A stretch of 64,000 nucleotides of DNA, from assembly GCA_963663475.2 (NCBI GenBank), contig CAXXJV010000001.1:288001-352000 (forward strand), written 5' to 3'. Shown in pieces: positions 28,838 to 39,678 of the stretch. The stretch's first letter is position 1; the number at the start of each line of letters is the position of its first letter. Both the position numbers and the translations under genes were made by a program. Source of the stretch: Candidatus Cloacimonadales bacterium (lineage in GTDB: Bacteria > Cloacimonadota > Cloacimonadia > Cloacimonadales > JAFGVF01). The notes under the pieces were generated by a model. That model saw nothing but the letters and a program-made list of their open reading frames with translations. It was not told where the DNA came from and ran no database searches.

Positions 28838-30586
28838 ATGGGACCGTTCAGACATGTTATTAAATATGTTAAAAAAAGTATTCCTCGGATTCTATTAGGA
28901 TTTGTCGTTCTACTAATAGTTGATGTTATTCAGCTTATCATCCCAATTCTGACTAAGAATGCAATAGACAGAATTCAAACACAGACTATCTTAAAATCAG
29001 GTCTAGTCGTTATTGCTGCCCAGATATTAGGCTTAACAGTAGGCATTATGATTATGAGATTCTTCTGGAGAATATTAATCATTGGTAACTCTTTTATTAT
29101 TGAAAAGCTTATCAGACATCAATTTTATGAACATTTAATGAAATTATCACAGAACTTCTTTAACAGACATAAAATAGGTGACTTAATGGCCCATGCTACT
29201 AACGACCTAAATGCTGTTAGAATGATGTTTGGCTTTGGTCTGATTGCTGGTTTTGATATTGTCGTAATGACTATCGCTTCTCTTAGTTTCATGATAGGAA
29301 TAAATGGCAGATTAACCCTCTATGCAATACTTCCCATGCCAATTATAACAATAAGTATTTTATATTTTGGTAAAAGACTTCAAAAGAGATTCCGTCAAGT
29401 CCAAGAATCCTTTTCTGATATGTCAGGAACTATCCAAGAAAGCATATCTGGAATTAGAGTTATAAAAGCCTTTGTTCAAGAAGATCAAGAGCTTGAAAAA
29501 GTTAAGGCTACATCAAAAGAATACGTTAAGAAGAATATCTCTATGGCAATTTTAGATGGCCTTTTTCATCCTTTAATGGGATTTATCATCAGTGTATCAA
29601 TGTTAATAACCTTAATTTTGGGTGGTCAATTAGCTATCAATGGGACAATTACAATTGGTGATTTTTATGCTTTTAATTCCTATTTAGGCATGTTAATCTG
29701 GCCAATGATGGCTATTGGAATGGTAGTTAACCATTATCAAAGAGGTACAGCTTCTCTTAAAAGACTAAATGTTATCTTTGATGCTCTTCCTCAAATCTCA
29801 GATGCAGAGGCTGACCATAATATTAAATCAATCAAAGGAAAAATAGAAATTAAAGATTTAAGTTTCGTTTATCCAGATTCTTCTGCTCAGATATTTAAAT
29901 CAATAAGTACCTGTATTGATCAAGGTCAAACTTTAGCTATAGTAGGTAAAACTGGTTGTGGTAAATCCACTTTAATAGATTTAATTACAAGAGTCTATAA
30001 TCCACCTAAAGCTTCAATTCTTATTGATGGTAATGATGTTCATAAGATACCTTTAGAAGTACTACATCGAGAAATAGTAATGGTACCTCAGGATATTTTC
30101 TTATTCTCAGAAACACTTGCTAATAATATTTCTTTAGGCAGACCAGATGCTTCTAGACAAGAGATTGAAGATGCAACTAAGCTGGCTCAAGTCTATGATG
30201 ATATAATGGATTTCGAACATCAGTTTGATACAATCGTAGGAGAAAGAGGAACTACTCTCTCTGGTGGACAAAAGCAAAGAGTAGCAATTGCTAGAGCCTT
30301 ACTCTGTAATCCGCAAGTTTTAATCTTAGATGATGCTCTTTCAGCAGTTGATACCCTCACTGAGAAAAACATTCTTAATCATCTTATCGATTATCGTCAG
30401 AATAAAACTACAATTATTATCTCTCATAGAATCTCTTCAGTTTCCCATGCTGATAAGATTATTGTCATTGATGATGGTAAGATAGTTGAAAGTGGTAATC
30501 ACCAAGAGCTTCTTTCTTTGAATGGTATATATAAAGACTTAGATGATAAGCAGAAAATTGAAGAGAGACTAGAAGGAGAGTTTTAA
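28838..30586 (+). CDS. ABC exporter (TMD+NBD), heterodimer partner 1
   Basis: GKTGCGKST, LSGGQKQR, LILDD (degenerate Walker B), ISHR. Confidence 0.93.
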   Translation: MGPFRHVIKYVKKSIPRILLGFVVLLIVDVIQLIIPILTKNAIDRIQTQTILKSGLVVIAAQILGLTVGIMIMRFFWRILIIGNSFIIEKLIRHQFYEHLMKLSQNFFNRHKIGDLMAHATNDLNAVRMMFGFGLIAGFDIVVMTIASLSFMIGINGRLTLYAILPMPIITISILYFGKRLQKRFRQVQESFSDMSGTIQESISGIRVIKAFVQEDQELEKVKATSKEYVKKNISMAILDGLFHPLMGFIISVSMLITLILGGQLAINGTITIGDFYAFNSYLGMLIWPMMAIGMVVNHYQRGTASLKRLNVIFDALPQISDAEADHNIKSIKGKIEIKDLSFVYPDSSAQIFKSISTCIDQGQTLAIVGKTGCGKSTLIDLITRVYNPPKASILIDGNDVHKIPLEVLHREIVMVPQDIFLFSETLANNISLGRPDASRQEIEDATKLAQVYDDIMDFEHQFDTIVGERGTTLSGGQKQRVAIARALLCNPQVLILDDALSAVDTLTEKNILNHLIDYRQNKTTIIISHRISSVSHADKIIVIDDGKIVESGNHQELLSLNGIYKDLDDKQKIEERLEGEF

Positions 30587-32724
30587 TGAGAAATGCAGGA
30601 ATGGATTTTGATGAAATCAAGAAAAATATATTAGATAGAAGACTGATAGCTAATCTCTTAAATTATCTCAAGCCTTATTTATGGATGGTAATTTTATCTC
30701 TCTTTGTCTTGTTTGTTATTGCTGGTATAGAACTAGTTCTTCCTCTGATTACTAAGTCTGCCTTAGATGATTTTATCATCCCTAACAAGCAGATATACAC
30801 TACAAATTCTCAAGAAAATAGACTCCAGTTAGAAGAAATACTTGCTGATGATTCTTATTTTATCTCAACATATAATGGAGCAATTTCTTTCATCATTGAT
30901 AGCCAGGAAGTTAAAAGAGTACAAAAACTCTACCCTGATAAAATGCCTCAGTATAAGATCGATGAAGAATTGTTCTATGTAGTTCCTTATAACACAAGGA
31001 ACAATCAAATCATTAAAGATAATAAACTAGAAAATACACTTACAGAAATATCTGATAATTATCTAGCCCTTCCCTATTCTGCAGTCAAAAATCTTTCTGC
31101 TTCAGATATTCTCAATTTAAATAAGCAGATAGACTATAAAATGTTTGGGAAAAGGTCTATTGTAATTAACTTTTGGATATTAGGTTTAATCTACCTAGTA
31201 TTTATCTCATTAAGGTTTGTTTTCCAATTCTTACAGACCTATATGACCCGTTATTTTTCTCAACATGCAATGAATGATTTAAGAACAGACCTATACAGAC
31301 ATCTGCAAAAAATGCCTACTTCCTTCTTTGATAAAAATCCTGTAGGAAGATTGGTTACTAGGGTCACAAATGATATTAGATCTATAGATGAAATGTTAGC
31401 AGCTGGTGTAATTACTATTGTGCAAGATGTTATTATGATTGTTATTATCATATCTATTATGCTTACCCTAAACTGGAAGCTAGCCTTAGTTAGTTTCATT
31501 ACTATCCCATTTGTGATTATCTTAATTAATATCTTTAAAAAGAAAACACGTAAAATTTATAGAATTGTTAGAAAGAAGTTAGCAGCTCTTAATGCAACCT
31601 TAGCAGAACATATGTCAGGAGTTAAAATTATTAATCTTTTCAATCAAAGAGAGATTAAAATGGCATATTTTGATAAGTTAAATCAAGAGTATTTTGAGAC
31701 TAACTATGCCCAGTTAAAACTCTTTGCCTTCTTCCGTCCTATTATCCATGTCATGTCACAAATCTCTGTTGCCTTGATACTTTGGTATGGTGGTGGACAG
31801 ATCTTAGATGGTATTATCACTATTGGTACCTTCACAGCCTTTACCTTCTATGTAACTAGACTCTTCCAGCCTATTAATGATTTCAGTGAAAAATTTAATA
31901 TTCTCCAAGGTGCTATGGCTGGTGCTGAGAGAATCTTTGATCTTATGGAAGATGATATTGATGACTATAGAGAAGAGTTAACTATAGAAAAAATATTCGA
32001 TGGTAAGATTGAGTTCAAAAATGTCTGGTTAGCCTATAATCCAGATGAATGGGTGCTTAAAGATGTATCTTTTACTATTAATCCTGGAGAAAAAGTTGCC
32101 TTAGTTGGCCACACTGGTTCTGGTAAAACCTCCATAGTAAATCTCATTCTTGGTATGTACCCTTATCAAAAAGGGGAAATCTTAATTGATGATAAACCTC
32201 TAGCTACTTATTCTTTACATGATATTAGACAGAATATAGGAATAGTTCAACAGGATGTCTTCTTATTCTCAGGTAATATCAAGGATAACATCTTACTTAA
32301 TAATGAAAAATTAGATGATAATCGTATGATTGAAGTTGCTAAACACGTCAATGTCCATAGCTTTATTCAACAGCTACCTGGTAAATACTATGAACCTGTT
32401 ATGGAAAGAGGTTCTACTTTCTCAGTTGGTCAGAGACAATTAATTGCCTTTGCTAGAGTCTTAGCCTATGACCCTTCTATCTTTATCCTAGATGAAGCTA
32501 CTTCTAATATTGACACTGAAACTGAAATCCTAATTCAAGATGCACTTGAAAAAATTATGGAGAATAGAACTTCTATTATTATTGCTCATAGACTATCAAC
32601 TATTCAGCATTCCGATCGTATTATTGTCCTTCATAAAGGCAGAATTATTGAAGAAGGAAATCATCAAGAATTATTGCGGAAGGAAGGTCTATATTACGAT
32701 TTATATAGACTACAATATAGCTAA
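30586..32724 (+). CDS. ABC exporter (TMD+NBD), heterodimer partner 2 with large extracytoplasmic loop
   Basis: GHTGSGKT, FSVGQRQL, ILDEAT; long hydrophilic insert between TM1 and TM2; TAATG coupling. Confidence 0.93.
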   Translation: MRNAGMDFDEIKKNILDRRLIANLLNYLKPYLWMVILSLFVLFVIAGIELVLPLITKSALDDFIIPNKQIYTTNSQENRLQLEEILADDSYFISTYNGAISFIIDSQEVKRVQKLYPDKMPQYKIDEELFYVVPYNTRNNQIIKDNKLENTLTEISDNYLALPYSAVKNLSASDILNLNKQIDYKMFGKRSIVINFWILGLIYLVFISLRFVFQFLQTYMTRYFSQHAMNDLRTDLYRHLQKMPTSFFDKNPVGRLVTRVTNDIRSIDEMLAAGVITIVQDVIMIVIIISIMLTLNWKLALVSFITIPFVIILINIFKKKTRKIYRIVRKKLAALNATLAEHMSGVKIINLFNQREIKMAYFDKLNQEYFETNYAQLKLFAFFRPIIHVMSQISVALILWYGGGQILDGIITIGTFTAFTFYVTRLFQPINDFSEKFNILQGAMAGAERIFDLMEDDIDDYREELTIEKIFDGKIEFKNVWLAYNPDEWVLKDVSFTINPGEKVALVGHTGSGKTSIVNLILGMYPYQKGEILIDDKPLATYSLHDIRQNIGIVQQDVFLFSGNIKDNILLNNEKLDDNRMIEVAKHVNVHSFIQQLPGKYYEPVMERGSTFSVGQRQLIAFARVLAYDPSIFILDEATSNIDTETEILIQDALEKIMENRTSIIIAHRLSTIQHSDRIIVLHKGRIIEEGNHQELLRKEGLYYDLYRLQYS

Positions 32725-32803
32725 CTTAACTTGCATTTGAGTAAGGAGATAAAGCAACTTAGCTATTTATTAATGCAGAAATTTGAAAAAAAGTTAAAAA
32801 AAG

Positions 32804-32832
32804 TTTGACATTTCGTCAAATTCTTGTAACTT
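32804..32832 (+). promoter_or_regulatory. Promoter with palindrome over the -35 box
   Basis: TTGACA-16 nt-TAACTT; TTTGAC-N5-GTCAAA at 32804-32820. Confidence 0.5.
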
Positions 32833-32872
32833 GCCTTATAGATAAATACAATATAAATTTCTGGGAGGAAAT

Positions 32873-35596
32873 ATGAAAAAGAACTTGTTAATTGTACTTA
32901 CTTTAATCTTATTAGTTAGTACATCTTTTGCTAACTCTTTTAGAGTAGCAGAAATGAACAACTCACAAACTTCAAGAGAAGATCGTTTTGAACAAATCTC
33001 TTGGATTGATGATTTTGAAGGTGAAGATAACTGGACTATAGTTGATGAAACTGCAGCTCCACAAGAATGGCACATATTCAACGAAGGCGGAACTTATGGT
33101 GACGTTTGGTGGATGGGTGGCGACAATGATGGTTATATTGATAACCTCTATTTAGTTCTTGATACACCAGCTATTAATGTTACTGCTGGTAACTCTACTT
33201 TAACTTTCGATTTAAACTACAACATGGAAGAACCAGGTGGAACTGGCGAATATAATGGTTGGGACGGTGCTAACTTACGTGTTTCAACAGACCAAGAAAA
33301 CTGGACAGTTTTAGATGGAAGCCCTGCTTATGATGCAACTTCAATGTTCTCATTTGGTGATATTCATGGTGAAGGTCCTAATGTTCCTGGTTGGGGTGGT
33401 TCTTCAAACGGTTGGACTACTGCTTCTTTTGATCTTTCAGCTTATGAAGGCCAAACAATCTATGTAAGATTTGCTTTTGCTTCTGACCCTGCTTATAATA
33501 CTGGTGATGATGAAGACATGTTTGGTATTAAAATTGATAACATCGCATTAGGTTCATTCACTAATAATGGTACTGCTGGCGATATGGTTGCTTCAAGTTT
33601 AGTTCCTCTAGGTGGAAACAACTGGAACTTAGCAGAAGTTACCAATGCTTTCTCAGGTACTCACGTTTATCAATTACAAAATGAAGCTGGTTCTTATGAT
33701 CCAAATCTTTTAAATGCTATCGTTTCTCCACTTATCACACTTCCTAGTGAAGGTGAAATCTTAGCTACATTCGAAATTATGGGTGCTTTCACAGATCCTG
33801 ATGCTGGTGGAGCTGTTTCTGCTCTTGACTACTGGGGATATGAAATTCAAATTGATGGTTCTAATGCCTGGTATGCAATGTCAAACCCATATGCTGATCC
33901 AAACGGTAACAACTATATCTATTCTGATGCTCCAGATGTATGGATGCCTGTTCATGAAGCTTATTCTTTAGAAGCAAGAATTGATGACTATGCAGGTGAA
34001 GATGTAAGATTCAAAATTTACTTCCGTTCAGATGATGATACTCCTGAAGGTTCAGGTATTATGGTTGATGACTTCAGAGTTACTACTGAAGTTTATCTTG
34101 CAGAAGCTTACAATTTACAAGCTGAAGTAATGGGTGAAGAAGTTCAATTAGATTGGGAACAACCACTTCAAATGACTGAAACTGATGTTGTTTGGACAAA
34201 CGGTTCATGGGTTAGCTATGTTAATGATGGCCAACCTTACGCTATCCTTGTAGAAAATACTGATTCATACGACAAACCTCTTTCAAAAATTGGTTTTAAT
34301 TTATATAATCAAGCTGGTGTTACTGGTTCAGCTATCGTTTATGCTTGGGAAAACTCAGCAGGCCTTCCTGGTGCAGAAATTGCCTCAGTTGATGGTATTA
34401 CTGGTATGGAATCTCAAACATGGATGAATGTTGATGTTATGTCAGAAAACATTATGGTTCCTGCAAACGGTTCTATCTTCGTTGGTGTTGGTGGATTTGA
34501 TGCTGGCGATCAAGGTCTTTTAGCTGATGATTCTTCAACTGCGGTTGGTTCTTATACATTTATTCAAGGCACATGGACTGCTATCAACGAAGCTTATAAC
34601 GGTCTTATGAATGTTGGTATCAAAGCTACTATTATGGAAAATGATCCAACTCTTCCTTCAGCTGATAGTTATAAAGTTTACCACTCAGAAGATGGTAGCA
34701 ACTATACCTTCTTAGCTGAAACTGCAGAAACTGAATACCTTCACACTTCACCAGTTCTTGGTGCTCTTAACTACTATAAAGTTACTTCACTATTCGGTAT
34801 TAACGAATCTCAAGGTGTTACAACTACAGCATTCTTATTACCTGGTGGACTTACTGAAGTTATGAACGATGATGGAACAGCTGAAGAAGGTGCTACTGCT
34901 GGTGTTAGTAATATTATGGGTGCTAAATTTGTCCATACACACGAAGCTACTTTACAGTACATCAAATTCTACATTCACACTATGAATTCTGCTAACATGT
35001 TATACAGAATCTACTCTGCTGAAAATGGAATGCCTAATGAAAACCTTGCTACTGCAGTTATTCAAAATGCAGACTTAGTTGAAGGTTGGAACACTATCGA
35101 ATTACAAAACGAATACCAATTTGAAAATGGTCAATTCTTTATTACTTTCGTTAATGTTAATAACGCACCAGTAATCGGTTTAGATACTAATAATGATGGT
35201 AACTACTACTTATCAACAGACCAAGGTGCATCTTGGGATGCTCAAACTGCTGGTAACTTGATGGTTAGAGCTTTAGTTGTTAACGGTCCTGTTGATAACT
35301 ATAATGAAGAAATTGCTCCAGTTCTTACTAATGTAGGTAACTATCCTAACCCATTCAACCCTGAAACTACTATCAGATTCAACATGTCAAAAGCTGGAAA
35401 AGCTAATGTTGCTATTTACAACCTTAAAGGTCAGTTAGTTAAAACTATCCTTAATGGTGATGTTACTGCTGGTAATAAAGAAGTTGTTTGGAATGGTACA
35501 GATGCACAAAATAATAGTGTTGCTTCAGGTGTTTACTTCTTCAGAGTAAAAACTGATAACCAAACTATCAATAAGAAAATGGTTCTTCAAAAATAA
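32873..35596 (+). CDS. Secreted acidic beta-sandwich protein with FlgD-Ig/T9SS-like C-terminal domain
   Basis: Signal peptide; WDG..LRVSTD...FDLSAY...VRFAFASD...IDNI (MAM/InhA-like) modules; FN3-like unit; NYPNPFNPETTI...YNLKGQLVK...SGVYFFR...KKMVLQK. Confidence 0.85.
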   Translation: MKKNLLIVLTLILLVSTSFANSFRVAEMNNSQTSREDRFEQISWIDDFEGEDNWTIVDETAAPQEWHIFNEGGTYGDVWWMGGDNDGYIDNLYLVLDTPAINVTAGNSTLTFDLNYNMEEPGGTGEYNGWDGANLRVSTDQENWTVLDGSPAYDATSMFSFGDIHGEGPNVPGWGGSSNGWTTASFDLSAYEGQTIYVRFAFASDPAYNTGDDEDMFGIKIDNIALGSFTNNGTAGDMVASSLVPLGGNNWNLAEVTNAFSGTHVYQLQNEAGSYDPNLLNAIVSPLITLPSEGEILATFEIMGAFTDPDAGGAVSALDYWGYEIQIDGSNAWYAMSNPYADPNGNNYIYSDAPDVWMPVHEAYSLEARIDDYAGEDVRFKIYFRSDDDTPEGSGIMVDDFRVTTEVYLAEAYNLQAEVMGEEVQLDWEQPLQMTETDVVWTNGSWVSYVNDGQPYAILVENTDSYDKPLSKIGFNLYNQAGVTGSAIVYAWENSAGLPGAEIASVDGITGMESQTWMNVDVMSENIMVPANGSIFVGVGGFDAGDQGLLADDSSTAVGSYTFIQGTWTAINEAYNGLMNVGIKATIMENDPTLPSADSYKVYHSEDGSNYTFLAETAETEYLHTSPVLGALNYYKVTSLFGINESQGVTTTAFLLPGGLTEVMNDDGTAEEGATAGVSNIMGAKFVHTHEATLQYIKFYIHTMNSANMLYRIYSAENGMPNENLATAVIQNADLVEGWNTIELQNEYQFENGQFFITFVNVNNAPVIGLDTNNDGNYYLSTDQGASWDAQTAGNLMVRALVVNGPVDNYNEEIAPVLTNVGNYPNPFNPETTIRFNMSKAGKANVAIYNLKGQLVKTILNGDVTAGNKEVVWNGTDAQNNSVASGVYFFRVKTDNQTINKKMVLQK

Positions 35597-35616
35597 GAAG
35601 ATACTATAAATAAATT

Positions 35617-35649
35617 AAAGAGGCTGAGAAATCAGCCTCTTTTTTTTTT
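35617..35649 (+). terminator. Intrinsic terminator
   Basis: AAAGAGGCTGA-GAAA-TCAGCCTCTTT + T-run. Confidence 0.88.
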
Positions 35650-35698
35650 GTTATGTTGCTGTGTGGAAAACTTTATCGGTTTTGTCGGAGGGTAGACA

Positions 35699-35820
35699 GC
35701 AACTAACTGGGAAAGCGGGTATCCTTACCCGCACCACACACAGAAAGTGTGTGGATAATCTTATAAGTCCAGCACTTGTGCTGGACACGGGCAAGGATGC
35801 CCGTATTCCCAGTTAATTGC
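35699..35820. repeat. Inverted REP doublet (family C) enclosing two further hairpins
   Basis: GCAACTAACTGGGAA / TTCCCAGTTAATTGC closing stem with four internal GC-rich hairpins. Confidence 0.8.
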
Positions 35821-35844
35821 TAAGCTGAACTTACTAGTAAAAGC

Positions 35845-35873
35845 AAAAGAGGTGCTAAAATAGCACCTCTTTT
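35845..35873 (-). terminator. frr terminator
   Basis: AAAAGAGGTGCTA-AAA-TAGCACCTCTTTT. Confidence 0.8.
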
Positions 35874-35896
35874 AATATATAATCAGATATTAAGAA

Positions 35897-36451
35897 CTAA
35901 ACGCTCAAAACATCCTTTTCTTTATTTACGATAGTTTGATCAATTTCTTTAATCCACTTATCAGTTTTTTCTTGAATATCTTTAAGAAGTTTTGCTTCAT
36001 CATCTTCAGAGATTTCAGAGTTTTTCTTCATCTTTTTAGCTTGATCATTAGCATCTCTTCTCACGTTACGAACAGCAATTTTAGCATCTTCTCCTAGCTT
36101 TTTAACTTGCTTAACAATTTCTTTTCTTTTATCTTCAGTCAGAGCCTGGAAAGGTAATCTAATAACATTACCATCATTATCAGGTGTAACGCCGATATTA
36201 GCAGCAAGAATAGCTTTTTCTACTTCAGCAAGTATAGTTTTATCCCAAGGTTGAATCACGATTGTACGAGCTTCTGGGACTGTTATATTGCCAAGTTGCT
36301 TTATAGGAGTAGGAGTACCATAGTAGTCAATTCTAATATCATCTAAAACAGCAGGTGAAGCCTTACCTGTTCTGAGTTTACTAAAATTTCTACCAAGAGC
36401 ATCAAGAGCTAACTTCATATTTTCTTCAACATTTTTCAATAATTCTTGCAT
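35897..36451 (-). CDS. frr: Ribosome recycling factor
   Basis: LRTGKA, DYYGTPTP, AVRNVRRDA. Confidence 0.98.
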   Translation of the reverse strand: MQELLKNVEENMKLALDALGRNFSKLRTGKASPAVLDDIRIDYYGTPTPIKQLGNITVPEARTIVIQPWDKTILAEVEKAILAANIGVTPDNDGNVIRLPFQALTEDKRKEIVKQVKKLGEDAKIAVRNVRRDANDQAKKMKKNSEISEDDEAKLLKDIQEKTDKWIKEIDQTIVNKEKDVLSV

Positions 36452-36468
36452 GATTGACCTCTCAATAT

Positions 36469-37209
36469 TTATGAGTTACTTAAATCATTTCCAACAAAAG
36501 TGCCAACATTAACATCAGCAATAGCTTTTGCTAGATTTCCGGGTACAGATAAATCAAATACTTTGATAGGAATATTATTCTCTTTAGCCAAAGCGAATGC
36601 TGTCATATCCATAACATTAAGTTGTCTATGGATAGCATCTGCAAAGGTTATTTCAGGAATAAATTCAGCATCAGAGTATTTTACTGGGTCTTTAGTAAAC
36701 ACTCCAGCCACCTTAGTACCTTTAAGAACTAAGTCAGCTTGCATTTCAGCAGCACGAAGGACAACAGCAGTATCGGTAGTGAAATAGGGATTACCTGTTC
36801 CACCACAGAGGAAGACTATTTTACCTTCTTTCATAGACTGAATGGCTCTGGTAGGAGTATAGAATTTAGCTATCTTTTCAGCTTTGACTGCACTAAGAAC
36901 TTCTGTTGAGTAATTTTTGATTTTCAATACTTCTGCAAGGTATAAAGCATTTTGAATAGTAGCCATCATTCCAATATTATCTAATGTCACTCTATTCATT
37001 TTAGCATTGGACCAAGATCCACCGCGGAAGATATTTCCACCACCAAGTACAATACCAACACTATATCCTAATCGTTTAACTTCGATAATGTCATTAGTAA
37101 TACGATCAATAAGAGTTTCATCGAAACCAAATCCTTTTTCTCCTGCGAGAAATTCGCCACTTAGTTTAATAATAACTCTATTGATTTTTTCGGGATGATA
37201 AGGACTCAT
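36469..37209 (-). CDS. pyrH: UMP kinase
   Basis: KLSGE, GGGNIFRG, GTGNPYFTTDT, VMDMTA; synteny. Confidence 0.97.
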   Translation of the reverse strand: MSPYHPEKINRVIIKLSGEFLAGEKGFGFDETLIDRITNDIIEVKRLGYSVGIVLGGGNIFRGGSWSNAKMNRVTLDNIGMMATIQNALYLAEVLKIKNYSTEVLSAVKAEKIAKFYTPTRAIQSMKEGKIVFLCGGTGNPYFTTDTAVVLRAAEMQADLVLKGTKVAGVFTKDPVKYSDAEFIPEITFADAIHRQLNVMDMTAFALAKENNIPIKVFDLSVPGNLAKAIADVNVGTFVGNDLSNS

Positions 37210-37227
37210 ATACTTAATCCCTGGCTA

Positions 37228-37818
37228 TTAGATACTATATCTTGTAAATCTAGCTACTTGGATATTTTCTCCAAGTTTAAAGATAGCTTCTTTGATAACA
37301 GTATTAACATCTTTAGAAGGATCTTTGATAAATTCTTGGAAATAAAGAGTATTAGTTTTTCCAAATTTTTCAATCACACCATTAACAATCTTTTCAATAA
37401 TTTTTTCTGGTTTTCCTTCTTGGATAGCTTTATTTTTAGCAATTTCTTTTTCGCTTTCAATTAATTGAGGATCAATATCTTCAGGTCTGAGAGCGATAGG
37501 ATCTGTAGCTGCAATTTGCATAGCTATATCTTTGCAAAGATCTTTGAAATCATCTGTATTTGCCACGAAGTCTGTTTCACAGTTAACTTCTACAAGCACA
37601 CCGATTTTGCCATTTCCATGGATATAAGAATAAACTAATCCTTCTTTTGTGTCTCTATCGTTCTTTGATTCAGCTTTAGCCATTCCTCTTTCACGAAGAA
37701 ATTTTACTGCTTGATCTACATCACCGTCAGTCTCTTTAAGAGCTTTTTTGCAATCCATCATAGCTACGCCTGTTTTTTGACGTAATTCTTTTACCATTGC
37801 TGCAGTAATTGTTGCCAT
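37228..37818 (-). CDS. tsf: Elongation factor Ts (short 196-aa form)
   Basis: VKELRQKTGVAMMDCKKAL, EVNCETDFVA. Confidence 0.98.
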   Translation of the reverse strand: MATITAAMVKELRQKTGVAMMDCKKALKETDGDVDQAVKFLRERGMAKAESKNDRDTKEGLVYSYIHGNGKIGVLVEVNCETDFVANTDDFKDLCKDIAMQIAATDPIALRPEDIDPQLIESEKEIAKNKAIQEGKPEKIIEKIVNGVIEKFGKTNTLYFQEFIKDPSKDVNTVIKEAIFKLGENIQVARFTRYSI

Positions 37819-37875
37819 AATTAACTCCTTTCTATAACTTAGGTCTCTTTTAAGAGCCTAAATCTAATTTTGATT

Positions 37876-37905
37876 AAAAAAAAGTTCCCGAATAAATCGG
37901 GAACT
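37876..37905 (-). terminator. rpsB-tsf intercistronic terminator/attenuator
   Basis: Minus strand AGTTCCCGA-TTTAT-TCGGGAACT + U-run. Confidence 0.75.
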
Positions 37906-37917
37906 ACCAATTTATTC

Positions 37918-38718
37918 TTATTCTTTATTTTCTGCTTGAGTTTCTGCTTGTTCTTTAACTTCAGTTTTTTCTTCTGAACCTTCTTCAACAAGCTGATTTT
38001 CTTCGGTTACTTTAGTTTCTACATTACCTTCTTCAAGGATATTTCTACCTTCGATAACAGCATTAGCCATGATATCTGAAATTAATGAGATAGCTCTAAT
38101 AGCATCATCATTAGAAGGAATTACAAAATCAATCTTATCAGGATCGCAATTTGTATCAACCATACCGATTAATGGAATATTAAGTTTCTTTGCTTCGTGG
38201 ATAGCAATAGCTTCTTGTTTAGTATCAACAACAAAAATTGCGCCAGGAACTTTTTCCATATCACGAATACCACCAAGACCACTTTCGATCTTGTCGTGCA
38301 TTCTTTTCATCTTTAAAGCTTCTAATTTAGTATAATTAGCTATGCTTCCATCTTCAGTAATTTGCTCATACTGTTTCATTTTTTCAATTGATTGGCGGAT
38401 AGTTTTCATATTAGTAAGCATTCCACCATACCAACGGTTATTTACATAAAATACACCAGCTTTTTCAGCTGCTTCTTTTATAGCATCTACAGCCTGTTTT
38501 TTAGTTCCTACAAATAATATTTCTTCACCACGACTGGCGACATCTTTAAGGAACTGATATGCTTCATTAATAGCATCTACAGTCTGTTTTAAATCTAATA
38601 TATGGATACCATTTCTTTTAATGAAGATATATTTCTTCATCTTAGGGTTCCATTTATGAGTCTGATGACCAAAGTGTACACCAGCTTCAAGTAGTTGTTT
38701 CATTGTTACAACTGACAT
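37918..38718 (-). CDS. rpsB: 30S ribosomal protein S2
   Basis: [31 protein letters not shown]. Confidence 0.99.
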   Translation of the reverse strand: MSVVTMKQLLEAGVHFGHQTHKWNPKMKKYIFIKRNGIHILDLKQTVDAINEAYQFLKDVASRGEEILFVGTKKQAVDAIKEAAEKAGVFYVNNRWYGGMLTNMKTIRQSIEKMKQYEQITEDGSIANYTKLEALKMKRMHDKIESGLGGIRDMEKVPGAIFVVDTKQEAIAIHEAKKLNIPLIGMVDTNCDPDKIDFVIPSNDDAIRAISLISDIMANAVIEGRNILEEGNVETKVTEENQLVEEGSEEKTEVKEQAETQAENKE

Positions 38719-38735
38719 TAAATTACTCCTCTTGT

Positions 38736-38822
38736 TACGGTTAATTTTCTGCTTAAAATCTACGCAATTCAGTCTATTATCTTATAGAAAATAATAGACA
38801 CCGCCTTGCAACTTCTAAGCAG
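38736..38822 (-). promoter_or_regulatory. rpsB 5' leader (S2-type autoregulatory RNA structure)
   Basis: Minus strand nested stems CTGCTTAGAA/TTTTAAGCAG and GTCTATTAT/ATAATAGAC with an internal GCGGT that can pair with downstream ACCGT (pseudoknot). Confidence 0.65.
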
Positions 38823-38854
38823 CTTTCTTGATAATCTGTAAAAAATAATAGAGA

Positions 38855-39241
38855 TTAACGTTTTGAGAACTGGAATCTTTTTCTTGCTTTTGGGCGACCT
38901 GGTTTCTTTCTTTCGACCATTCTTGGGTCACGAGTAAGAAAACCATTCTTTTTAAGATCAGCTTTTAAAGATTCATCATAGATAACTAAGGCTCTTGAAA
39001 CACCATGTCTGATAGCACCAGCTTGACCTGATAATCCACCACCAATAACATTAACCTTAAGGTCAAGTTTGTCTGATAAACCGGAAACTTCAAATGGTTG
39101 TTCCACAACCATCTCAAGAACTTCTCTTTGAAGGTAATCTTTCATAAGCTTACCATTGATAATTCTTTTTCCTGTTCCAGGGGTGATTCTCACACGTGCT
39201 ACAGCATTTTTTCTTCTGCCTGTTGCGTCGAAATACTGCAT
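38855..39241 (-). CDS. rpsI: 30S ribosomal protein S9
   Basis: [22 protein letters not shown]-terminal QFSKR. Confidence 0.99.
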   Translation of the reverse strand: MQYFDATGRRKNAVARVRITPGTGKRIINGKLMKDYLQREVLEMVVEQPFEVSGLSDKLDLKVNVIGGGLSGQAGAIRHGVSRALVIYDESLKADLKKNGFLTRDPRMVERKKPGRPKARKRFQFSKR

Positions 39242-39255
39242 TAATTTCTCCTAAA

Positions 39256-39678
39256 CTATAAAGTCTTTGGTTGTTGAGCTGTATGAGGATGTTCAGTTCC
39301 AGCATACACCTTCAATTTCTTAAACATTTGTCTGCCAAGGGTGTTTTTAGGTAACATACCTTTAACAGCACTTCTAATAATTTCTTCTGGTTTAGAGTCT
39401 AACATTCTTTTGAAGCTAACTTCTCTTAAACCACTTGGATAGCCACTGAAGTTCTGATACACTTTATAATCTGCTTTGGTACCAGTTACTCCAACTTTCT
39501 CTGCATTAATAACAACCACATAATCACCACAATCTAAGTTTGTAGCAAAGTAAGGCTTGTTTTTTCCGCGGAGAATGGAAGCTATTTTAGTAGCAATACG
39601 ACCTAAAGTTTGACCTTCAGCATCGATAACATACCAATCCCTTTGGATCTGATCCGGGGTGGGAGTTAAAGTCTTCAT
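39256..39678 (-). CDS. rplM: 50S ribosomal protein L13
   Basis: [27 protein letters not shown]. Confidence 0.99.
   Translation of the reverse strand: MKTLTPTPDQIQRDWYVIDAEGQTLGRIATKIASILRGKNKPYFATNLDCGDYVVVINAEKVGVTGTKADYKVYQNFSGYPSGLREVSFKRMLDSKPEEIIRSAVKGMLPKNTLGRQMFKKLKVYAGTEHPHTAQQPKTL

Noticed and set aside
35699-35820. Cloverleaf as a tRNA gene
   Set aside because: No T-loop GTTCGA or D-loop consensus, wrong arm lengths, and the outer arms are REP units.
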